Assembly: GCA_044869815.1 (NCBI GenBank)
Contig: JBIOXS010000189.1
Span: forward strand, 5,341 to 69,340
DNA length: 64,000 nucleotides
Direction of reading: 5' to 3'
DNA from: Candidatus Rokuibacteriota bacterium
GTDB taxonomy: Bacteria; Methylomirabilota; Methylomirabilia; Rokubacteriales; CSP1-6
Made by a program: the position numbers and the translations under genes. Of this stretch, positions 24,723 to 32,292 are shown piece by piece. Under the pieces are notes generated by a model. That model was not told the DNA's origin. It saw nothing but the letters and a program-made list of their open reading frames with translations, and did not search any database. The stretch's first letter is position 1. Each line of letters starts with the position of its first letter.

Positions 24723-25903
24723 CAGAGATCACCGGCGTCCTGCTCGGCGCTCTGATCGTCGTCCTGGCCGTGGTGGCATGGAGCCTCCTGTCCACGCGGC
24801 GCGAGCTCGGCGAGCTGCGCGCTCGCGCGGCCGCGCCGGATACGACCGCCCCGATGCTCCAGCAGCAGATCGAGGCCGTGCGCAAGGAAGGGCGCGACGG
24901 TCAGGACGGCCTCCGGCGTGAGGTGGGCGCCATGGCCGTCACGGTCAAGGACGAGCTCAACGTGCTGCAGCGGCAGGTCGCCGCGGAGCTGAAGTCGGTC
25001 ACGGGCGAGGTGACGCGCCAGCTCCAGGAGGGCATGACCCTCATCCAGGGCGCTCAAACGATGATGGGTCAGCGGCTCGACGCCACCGCGCGGGTAGTGG
25101 GCGACGTCCAGGGCAGCCTCGGCAAGCTGAGCGAGGCCACGCAGCGCGTGGTCGAGATCGGCCGCGACATCCAGGGGCTGGAGCACGTGCTCAAGTCGCC
25201 GAAGGTCCGCGGGGGCCTCGGGGAGACGCTGCTCGAGCAGCTGCTGGCGCAGATGCTGCCGCGCGAGCACTGGGCCATGCAGCACGGCTTCCGCAGCGGC
25301 GAGAAGGTGGACGCCGTCATCCGCATCGGCGAGCGCCTGGTGCCCGTCGACGCCAAGTTCCCGCTCGAGAATTTCCGGCGCGTTCTGGAGGAGCCCGAGG
25401 AGGAGCGCCGGCGGCCGCTTCGCCGCGCGTTCGCGCGCGACGTCAAGCTCCGCGTGGACGAGGTCGCCAAGAAGTACATCCTTCCGGACGAGGCGACGTA
25501 CGACTTCGCGCTCATGTACGTGCCCGCCGAGAACGTCTACTACGAGATCACCGTGCAGCAGGAAGACGACGAGGAGGCGATCGCCGCCTACGCGCTGTCG
25601 CGTCGCGTGGTGCCGGTGTCGCCGAATACGCTCTTCGCCTATCTTCAAGTCATCATCCTCGGGCTGCGCGGACTGCGCATCGAGGCCAACGCGCGCGAGA
25701 TCCAGAACGACCTGGCGCGGCTCGGCGGCGACCTCGCCAAGGTGCGCGAGCCCCTCGGCAAGGTCGGGACCCACCTCGGCAACGCCCAGAAGCAGTTCGA
25801 GGAGACGCAGCGCGCCATGGAGCGCTTCGACACGCGCCTGGAGGCGATCGGCCGGAAGGGCGGCGGTCACGGCCCGCCGCAGCCGGAGCTGCCAGGGACT
25901 TAG
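24719..25903 (+). CDS. rmuC: DNA recombination protein RmuC
   Basis: ORF 24719..25903, GTGA overlap with the upstream gene. N-terminal TM helix, a long coiled-coil, then the conserved DAKFPLENF and MYVPAENVYYE RmuC core. Confidence 0.85.
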   Translation: MTEITGVLLGALIVVLAVVAWSLLSTRRELGELRARAAAPDTTAPMLQQQIEAVRKEGRDGQDGLRREVGAMAVTVKDELNVLQRQVAAELKSVTGEVTRQLQEGMTLIQGAQTMMGQRLDATARVVGDVQGSLGKLSEATQRVVEIGRDIQGLEHVLKSPKVRGGLGETLLEQLLAQMLPREHWAMQHGFRSGEKVDAVIRIGERLVPVDAKFPLENFRRVLEEPEEERRRPLRRAFARDVKLRVDEVAKKYILPDEATYDFALMYVPAENVYYEITVQQEDDEEAIAAYALSRRVVPVSPNTLFAYLQVIILGLRGLRIEANAREIQNDLARLGGDLAKVREPLGKVGTHLGNAQKQFEETQRAMERFDTRLEAIGRKGGGHGPPQPELPGT

Positions 25904-25946
25904 GACAGCCTCGAACAAGGACAACGATTCGGTCCACGCAGTTCGA

Positions 25947-26009
25947 GCGGCGGCTTTGCCGCCGCAATCCGGTTCAGGGGGAGGTTCGGAGGGGGCCGTC
26001 GAGGCCCCC
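25947..26009. terminator. Two GC-rich hairpins between convergent rmuC and the ABC permease gene
   Basis: GCGGCGGC-TTT-GCCGCCGC (25947-25965) and GGGGGCC-GTCGA-GGCCCCC (25991-26009). No clear U-tracts. Confidence 0.4.
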
Positions 26010-26014
26010 GCCGA

Positions 26015-26845
26015 TTATTTCACGCTGCCCGCAGTGAGCCCGCTCACCAGATAGGGCTCGATCACCGCGAACAGCACGATCACCGGCACGATGGCCAGGA
26101 TCGACGCGGCGAAGAGCAGGTTCCAGTGCTGCACGTACGCGGTCACGTAGGACGTGATCCCCACCGTCAGCGGCTTCATGTCGGCGTCGGTCATGAGCGT
26201 CAGCGCCACGATGTACTCGTTCCAGGCGGCGATGAAGGCGAAGATGGCGGCGGTGACGATGGCGGGGCGGGCGAGCGGCAAGACGACGCGCACGAGCGCG
26301 CCGAGGCGGCTGCAGCCGTCGACCTCGGCCGCCTCCTCGATCTCGCGCGGAATCGAGGCAAAGAACGCGCGCAGGATCCACACCGCGAAGGCCAGGTTGA
26401 AGGCGGCATTGGTGAGGATCAGCGCGGCCGACGTGTTGACGAGGCCGAGCTCGAAGAACTCGCGATAGAGCCCGACCACCAGCGTGGTGGGCGAGAACAT
26501 CTGGGTCACGAGCACGAGGAACAGGAACGCGTTGCGGCCGCGGAAGCGGCGGCGCGCCGTGTGGTAGGCGGCGGGGACGGCGGCGACCACCGCCAGCGCG
26601 GTCGAGGCGAGCGCGACGGTGAGGGAGACCCGGAGCGCCGAGCGAAAGGCCGGATCGCGCACGACCTCGAGGAAGTTCCCGGGCTGCCAGTCGATGGGCA
26701 GGAACCTCGGCGGCGAGGCGCGCAGCTCGGCGGCCGGCTTGAGCGCGTCGAGCAGCATCACGACGTAGGGCGCCACGAACCCGACGGCGACGGCGATGCC
26801 GGCGCCGGTGAGCGCGGCCCGGCGCAGCCGGCGCGCCGGCCTCAC
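26015..26845 (-). CDS. Carbohydrate ABC transporter permease (MalG-like)
   Basis: ORF 26015..26845 with a GTG start (GTGA overlap with the upstream permease). EAAEVDGCSRLGALVRVVLPLARPAI is the EAA-loop motif. Confidence 0.85.
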   Translation of the reverse strand: MRPARRLRRAALTGAGIAVAVGFVAPYVVMLLDALKPAAELRASPPRFLPIDWQPGNFLEVVRDPAFRSALRVSLTVALASTALAVVAAVPAAYHTARRRFRGRNAFLFLVLVTQMFSPTTLVVGLYREFFELGLVNTSAALILTNAAFNLAFAVWILRAFFASIPREIEEAAEVDGCSRLGALVRVVLPLARPAIVTAAIFAFIAAWNEYIVALTLMTDADMKPLTVGITSYVTAYVQHWNLLFAASILAIVPVIVLFAVIEPYLVSGLTAGSVK

Positions 26846-27735
26846 TCCTCGGCGTCCTGCCAGCGCACGGTGCGCAGGTAGACCAGGACGGCCAGCAGCA
26901 CCAGCGCCACGTTGAGCACGCCGAGCGCGGCGGCCAGACCCACGTCGCGGAGCGCGCTCTTGAAGGCGACCTTGTATAGGTACGTGACCATCGTGTCGTG
27001 GCCGAAACCCGGGTTACGGTCGTTCAGCGTCCACACGATCAGGAACGAGTTGAAGACGTAGATCAGGTTCAGGACCGTCGCCACCAGCAGGGCGGGGGCG
27101 AGCAGCGGCAGCGTCACCGACCGATAGCTCTGCCACGCCGAGGCGCCATCGAGCCGCGCCGCCTCGTAGACGTCGCCGGGGATGGTGGCGAGCCCGGCCA
27201 GCAGGACGTACGTCGTGAACGGGAGCGAGACGAAGACGCCGACGGCGATCATCGCCCCCATGACCGTCGCGTCGTTCCCGAGCCAGTCGACCGGTTCGTG
27301 GGCGAGCCGCAGCGAGAGCAGCACGTGATTGAGCGCGCCGAAGTAATAGTCGTAGACCCACACGAAGAGCTTGGCCGTCACGATGAGCGACGCCGCCCAC
27401 GGCACGATCACGGCCCACCGGACGACGCGCCGGCCCGGGAAGCTCGCGTCGAGCAGCTGCGCCAGCACCAGCGAGATGACGACGGTGATCGCGACCACGG
27501 CCGTCACCCACACCAGCGTGTTCGCCACGACCGTCGCCAGCGCGTCCTGCTCGAACAGGCGGCGGTAGTTCAGGCTCCCGACGCCGGTCTGGTAAAGGCC
27601 GGTGATCGAGTACCGACTCAGGGAGGCCCGGACGAGCTCGGCGGCCGGGTACAGGACGACGGCGGCGATCAGCGCGAGCGCGGGGCCGAGCCACAGGAGC
27701 GCGCGCCATCCGCTGCCTGTCCGTCGGCTCTCTAC
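26842..27735 (-). CDS. Carbohydrate ABC transporter permease (MalF-like); start codon unresolved
   Basis: C-terminal 297 codons of ORF 26842..28485. EAARLDGASAWQSYRSVTLPLLAP is the EAA-loop motif. The homologous region begins right after the SBP stop (27732), but there is no in-frame ATG, GTG or TTG between 28485 and well inside TM1. Confidence 0.7.
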   Translation of the reverse strand, partial: VESRRTGSGWRALLWLGPALALIAAVVLYPAAELVRASLSRYSITGLYQTGVGSLNYRRLFEQDALATVVANTLVWVTAVVAITVVISLVLAQLLDASFPGRRVVRWAVIVPWAASLIVTAKLFVWVYDYYFGALNHVLLSLRLAHEPVDWLGNDATVMGAMIAVGVFVSLPFTTYVLLAGLATIPGDVYEAARLDGASAWQSYRSVTLPLLAPALLVATVLNLIYVFNSFLIVWTLNDRNPGFGHDTMVTYLYKVAFKSALRDVGLAAALGVLNVALVLLAVLVYLRTVRWQDAEE

Positions 27736-28976
27736 CGGCGTTCCTCCGCCGCCGCCATCGCCCGCTGCTGGAGGCCGTCGAGGACCTGTCGTGGATTGCC
27801 GCCCGGCTGCACGGCCAGCCCGATGTTCTGCTGGACGTCGAGCTTCACCTTGTCCCAGACGGGATCCGTGGTGGGGGCGAGTCTCGCCCTCGGCAGCGCG
27901 TCGAGGTAGGGGCGCAGCTTCGCGTTGGCGCTCATGCGCTCGACTCCGGCCTTCGTCACCGGCAGGAACCCCTCGGCCGTGATCCAGCGCGTGATGTTGT
28001 CGGGCTGGTAGTAAAGGTCGAGGAACTGGCGAACGGCCTCCCGGTTCTCCTTCTTCTTGAACGCCATGAGGTAGTCCTCGACGCCGAGCGTGACCGCATC
28101 GCGCTCGTTCGTCGGCATGGACGTGACGCCGTAGTCGACCTTGCCCTCGGCGTCGAGCTGCGCCGCGAGCGGGCTGAAGCCGATCACCATCCCGACCTTG
28201 CCATCCTTGAAGAGCTGGAAGGCGCCGTCGGTCCGGTTCGTCTTGCCCGGGTTGACCTGCGTGACCCGGTGGCGGTTGGCCAGATCGGCGAGGAACTGGA
28301 GCGTCTGCACGTTCCGGTCGCTGTTGATGGTCCAGCGGTCCCCCGTCTTCCAGTCGCCACCGTTGTTCCACATCCAGATGGACCACTCCGCCTGGGCCTC
28401 TTCGGGGCCGAGCGGCAGCGCGTAGCCGATCAGGCCCGGACCGCTGTCGCGGATCCTCGCGGCCGAGGTGACGAGCTCGTTCCACGTCCGCGGTGGCGCC
28501 GCCACGCCCGCGGTGGCGAGGAGCTGCTTGTTGTAGAAGAAGGCGCGCGCGCTGGCCAGGATCGGAAAGCCGTACAGCGTGCCGCGGAACTCGCCGCCCT
28601 GCGCGAACGAGGGCAGGAAGTCCGCGCGCGTCTGCGGCGACAGCACCTCGTCGGCGGAATAGAGCAGACCGTCCCGCGCATAGCTCGAGAAGGAGTTGAG
28701 GTTCAGCACATCGGGCGGCTGGTTGTTCTGGATCATGGTCGTCACCTGCTGATCGATCGAGTTCCAGTCGATCACCTGCAGGTCGACCTTCACGCCGGTC
28801 CGCTTCGTGTAGTCGTCGGCCAGCGACTGCCAGAACGACTTCGTGTGGTCCTTGCTGTAGTCCGCGATGACGACCTTGAGGGACTTGCCGTCGCCCGGGC
28901 CGCGGCCGCAGCCGCCGACGACGAGCGCCAGACAGGCCGCGAGGAGGAATGCCGTCAGGCGCCGGCGCAGAGCCAT
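27732..28976 (-). CDS. Sugar ABC transporter substrate-binding lipoprotein
   Basis: ORF 27732..29063, start moved to ATG 28976. This gives MALRRRLTAFLLAACLALVVGGC, a signal peptide plus lipobox. Family 1 extracellular solute-binding domain. Confidence 0.85.
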   Translation of the reverse strand: MALRRRLTAFLLAACLALVVGGCGRGPGDGKSLKVVIADYSKDHTKSFWQSLADDYTKRTGVKVDLQVIDWNSIDQQVTTMIQNNQPPDVLNLNSFSSYARDGLLYSADEVLSPQTRADFLPSFAQGGEFRGTLYGFPILASARAFFYNKQLLATAGVAAPPRTWNELVTSAARIRDSGPGLIGYALPLGPEEAQAEWSIWMWNNGGDWKTGDRWTINSDRNVQTLQFLADLANRHRVTQVNPGKTNRTDGAFQLFKDGKVGMVIGFSPLAAQLDAEGKVDYGVTSMPTNERDAVTLGVEDYLMAFKKKENREAVRQFLDLYYQPDNITRWITAEGFLPVTKAGVERMSANAKLRPYLDALPRARLAPTTDPVWDKVKLDVQQNIGLAVQPGGNPRQVLDGLQQRAMAAAEERR

Positions 28977-29031
28977 CGCTGCCGGCAGGCTATGGCGCGG
29001 GGAGCCCGGCGTCAAGCCGCGAGATGCTGCG

Positions 29032-29040
29032 TGGTATAGT
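29032..29040 (+). promoter_or_regulatory. Extended -10 box TGgTATAGT placed 6 nt before ATG 29047 (leaderless-type)
   Basis: Reads TGGTATAGT cgcgat ATG, with no SD. Lies in the 70-bp divergent spacer with the SBP gene. Confidence 0.45.
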
Positions 29041-29046
29041 CGCGAT

Positions 29047-29349
29047 ATGACGAACATCCCCATCCAGGTCTACGGCATCAATCTCCTCGTCAAGATGATG
29101 GCCGAAGCGCCTGCCGACATCCGGGTGAACTGTCCGAAGGGCTCGCCGATCCGGTACGGCGCGGTGATGGCCCGGGGCGATGGGTTCGACGAAGGCGCCA
29201 ATGCCTTTCGCGAGATGCCGGAGCTGAAAACGGTGGTCGCGTTCGAGGAGAGCGCGGAGGAGGTCGAGGGACACTACTTCTACATCGCCCTCGAGGAGTA
29301 CCGCGTGATCCGGCTCGACTCCGTCATCCTGTCCTTCCCGCACGAGTAG
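29047..29349 (+). CDS. Hypothetical 100-aa protein with possible GroES/Cpn10-like pattern
   Basis: In the frame of ORF 28867..29349, ATG 29047. Pattern IQVYGINLLVK...YGAVMARGDG...YFYIALEEYRVIRLDSVI loosely parallels GroES (RVIVK...GEVLAVGNG...VLIMSESDILAIV). Confidence 0.55.
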   Translation: MTNIPIQVYGINLLVKMMAEAPADIRVNCPKGSPIRYGAVMARGDGFDEGANAFREMPELKTVVAFEESAEEVEGHYFYIALEEYRVIRLDSVILSFPHE

Positions 29350-29372
29350 TCGCCGGACACGGCGGTTGCCCG

Positions 29373-30593
29373 GTGTCCGCGCTGAAATCCGCGCTCGCCC
29401 GCGTCGATCCCGATGAGCTGATCGCGCTCACGCGCGACCTCATCCGCATTCCGAGCGTCGTCCGGCCCGGCGACCCGACGGCGACGGAGGCGGCGGTGGC
29501 CGCGCACGTCGAGCAGTGGTGTCGCCAGGAAGGGTTCGACGTCGAGGTACAGCCCGTCGCGCCGGGGCGGCCCAACGTCCTGGCCGTCCTCGCCGGGCGG
29601 GGGCCGGGACCGACGCTGCTGCTGGAGGGCCACACCGACGTCGTGACCGAGGGCGACCCGGGGCAGTGGAGCCATCCGCCGTTCGGTGCCGACGTGATCG
29701 ACGGTCGGATCTACGGCCGCGGCGCCGCCGACATGAAGAGCGGGCTCGCCGCCGCCATGCTCGCCGCCGCCGCCCTCAAGCGCAGCGGCGCGCGCTTCCG
29801 CGGCCGGCTGGTGGTGGGCGCGCTGGTCGACGAGGAAGCCGACATGCTCGGCGTGAAGCACCTGGTCCGGACCCCGCTCGGTCGGGAGCTGACGGCGGCC
29901 ATCATCTGCGAGCCGGAGCAGAACGAGCTCTGCCTCGAGCAGCGCGGCGTGCTGTGGGCGCGTGTCACCGCCCGCGGCCGCATGGCTCACGGGGCCATGC
30001 CGGAGGCCGGCGTGAATCCGATCGTGGCGCTGTCCGCGCTGGTCCGGGAGGCGCCGCGGCTCGAGCGCCGTCTGCGGCTCCTGTGCGCGCGCAGCCGCTA
30101 TCTGCGCCCGCCCACGGTGACACCGACGGTCATGGCGGCGCCCGTGAAAGGCGTGCCGCAGTCGAACGTGATTCCCGCGCTCGCTCAGGCCACGCTCGAC
30201 GTGCGGCTCACGCCGGGCCCCGACGAGGATGCCGTCGCCAAGGAGATCGACGAGGCCTGCCGCCGTGCGGCCGACGCCTGCCCGGGCGCGACAGTGCAGT
30301 GGGAGCCGATCAACGGCTTCCGGATGGCCACCCAGGTCGAGCGGACGGAGCCGCTCGTGCGTGCCATGGCGCGCGCCGTGCGACGGGCCACCGGCAACCC
30401 GCCGCGGTATGGCGGCGTGCCCGGCTCGACCGACGGGACGATCCTCCGGATGGAGCTCGGAATCCCGATCGTCACCTGCGGTCCGGGCAATCGCCTGATT
30501 CCGCATCAGGTCGACGAGCACGTCGAGGTGGGCCAGCTCATCGACGCCGCCCGCATCTACGTCGCCACTGCGCTCGCCTATCTCGCCTCGTGA
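29373..30593 (+). CDS. M20 family metallopeptidase (ArgE/DapE/acetylornithine deacetylase-like)
   Basis: ORF 29373..30593 with a GTG start. LLLEGHTDVV, GRGAADMKSG and VDEE metal-ligand motifs. Confidence 0.85.
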   Translation: MSALKSALARVDPDELIALTRDLIRIPSVVRPGDPTATEAAVAAHVEQWCRQEGFDVEVQPVAPGRPNVLAVLAGRGPGPTLLLEGHTDVVTEGDPGQWSHPPFGADVIDGRIYGRGAADMKSGLAAAMLAAAALKRSGARFRGRLVVGALVDEEADMLGVKHLVRTPLGRELTAAIICEPEQNELCLEQRGVLWARVTARGRMAHGAMPEAGVNPIVALSALVREAPRLERRLRLLCARSRYLRPPTVTPTVMAAPVKGVPQSNVIPALAQATLDVRLTPGPDEDAVAKEIDEACRRAADACPGATVQWEPINGFRMATQVERTEPLVRAMARAVRRATGNPPRYGGVPGSTDGTILRMELGIPIVTCGPGNRLIPHQVDEHVEVGQLIDAARIYVATALAYLAS

Positions 30594-31813
30594 GCGAGCC
30601 GGCGCCGCGGCTGCGTCGCGTCGAGGTCTTTCCGGTCGAGCACGAGGGCGAGCGGTTCCTGGCGCTGCGTGATCCCGCCGGGTACACGGAGTCGTTGGTC
30701 ATGGTTCCCGTCGAGCTGCTGGAGGTCGTCTCGCTGTTCGACGGCGAGCACGACATGGCCGAGATCCAGGCCGCCGTCATGCGGCGTCGCGGCGAGCTGA
30801 TCGACTCCGCCCATATCCGTGAGCTGGCCGCCGCGCTCGATGCCCACGGCTTCCTCGAGGGCGCGGCGTTCGAGGCGCGGCGCTCGCGCATCGACGGCGA
30901 GTTCCTCGACCTCGCGCGCCGGCCGGCCTCGCACGCCGGCGGCGCCTATCCCGACGACCCCGCCGCGCTGCGCGCCATGATGGACGGCTTCTTCGAACCG
31001 CCATCCGGCCCCGGCGCCGTTGGCACCGACGGCGCGGGCCCCAGGGTGACGGCGCTCGTCGCGCCGCACATCGACTACCACCGCGGTGGGCCCGCCTACG
31101 CGTGGGGCTACCGGGACCTCGCCGAACGCTGCGACGCCGACCTGTTCGTGATCTTCGGGACCTGTCACGCCGGGATGGCCGATGCGTTCGCGCTCACCCG
31201 CAAGGACTACGACACGCCGCTCGGCGCGGCCGCCGTCGATCGCGACTTCGTGGAGTCGCTGGCGGCGCGCTCCGGGCAGGACTGCTTCGCCTCCGAGCTC
31301 GCCCACCGCGCGGAGCACTCCATCGAGTTCCAGGCGGTGTTCCTGCGCTATCTCTTCGCGGGACGGCGCGACATCACGGTGGTGCCGATCCTCACCTCCT
31401 TCGCGCACGAGGCGCTCGTGCAGGGCAAGCGGCCCGAAGACGATTCCCGGGTGGCGCGCTTCGTCGAGGCGCTCGGGGAGACCGCGGCCACCTGCGGCCG
31501 GCGGGTGGCCTTCGTGGCCGGCGCCGATCTCGCCCACGTCGGTCCGCGCTTCGGCGACCCGGACCCGATCTCGGCGGACGCGCTCGCGCGGCTCGGCGCC
31601 GACGACCGGGTCACGCTGAAGGCCGTCGAAGCCGGTGACGCCGACGCGTTCTTCGACGACGCCGTCCGCGACGGCGATCGACGTCGCATCTGCGGCCTCT
31701 CGCCGATCTGGACGCTGCTGCGGGCTCACGGCCAGCGCGCCGGTGTGCTGCGCCACTACGCTCAGTGGCCCGACCCGCAGGCGGTGGTCACCTTCGCGAG
31801 CGTGGTGTTCTGA
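30590..31813 (+). CDS. Memo / AmmeMemoRadiSam system protein B-like protein with an N-terminal extension of about 130 aa (possible PqqD/RRE-like domain)
   Basis: In the frame of ORF 29516..31813, GTG 30590 (GTGA overlap with the M20 gene). Memo-family core motifs VAPHIDYHRGG, FGTCH and AGADLAHVGPRFGD. 407 aa against about 270 for typical AmrB. Confidence 0.75.
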   Translation: MSEPAPRLRRVEVFPVEHEGERFLALRDPAGYTESLVMVPVELLEVVSLFDGEHDMAEIQAAVMRRRGELIDSAHIRELAAALDAHGFLEGAAFEARRSRIDGEFLDLARRPASHAGGAYPDDPAALRAMMDGFFEPPSGPGAVGTDGAGPRVTALVAPHIDYHRGGPAYAWGYRDLAERCDADLFVIFGTCHAGMADAFALTRKDYDTPLGAAAVDRDFVESLAARSGQDCFASELAHRAEHSIEFQAVFLRYLFAGRRDITVVPILTSFAHEALVQGKRPEDDSRVARFVEALGETAATCGRRVAFVAGADLAHVGPRFGDPDPISADALARLGADDRVTLKAVEAGDADAFFDDAVRDGDRRRICGLSPIWTLLRAHGQRAGVLRHYAQWPDPQAVVTFASVVF

Positions 31814-32268
31814 TGGCAACGCCCCCCGCCGACTGGAAGCTGCCCGACCTGCGCGTCGACGTCGACGGCGAATGGTTCGACGACGACGTCCAGGTGACGC
31901 ATCCCGGGATCCTGGCGAACCTCCGCGGCAACCTCCGCAAGGACGCCCAGGGATATTTCATCCAGACACGCGTCCGGATCCCCGTGCGCGTGGACGACGT
32001 GCCGTGGCTGGTGGCACGGCTCGAGCGCCGGGGCGACCGCCTTCACGTGCTTCTGAACGACGGCAGCGAGGAGAGGATCGATCCCGCGACGTTCCGGGTG
32101 GGCGCCGGTGACGTGCCGTACTGCGCGGTGAAGGCGGGCGCCTTCGAGGCTCGGCTCTCGCGCGCCGCCACCTTCCAGCTCTGGGCGCTCGCCGAGTACG
32201 ACGAGGCATCGGGGCGCGGCGCGCTCCGTCTCGGCGGGCGCGAGTACCCGCTCGCCCGCGCCTCCTGA
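31813..32268 (+). CDS. DUF1285 domain protein
   Basis: In the frame of ORF 31765..32268, ATG 31813 overlaps the upstream TGA by 1 nt. The pattern DGEWFDDDVQVTHPGILANLRGNLRKD...YFIQ matches my recollection of DUF1285. Confidence 0.6.
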   Translation: MATPPADWKLPDLRVDVDGEWFDDDVQVTHPGILANLRGNLRKDAQGYFIQTRVRIPVRVDDVPWLVARLERRGDRLHVLLNDGSEERIDPATFRVGAGDVPYCAVKAGAFEARLSRAATFQLWALAEYDEASGRGALRLGGREYPLARAS

Positions 32269-32292
32269 CCGCGCGGTAGTATCCTGACCGGC

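Noticed and set aside
27736-28485. The N-terminal 250 codons of ORF 26842..28485 as a real extension of the MalF-like permease.
   Set aside because: This part overlaps the SBP gene out of frame on the same strand, and its translation is non-protein-like. Permease homology only starts after the SBP stop.
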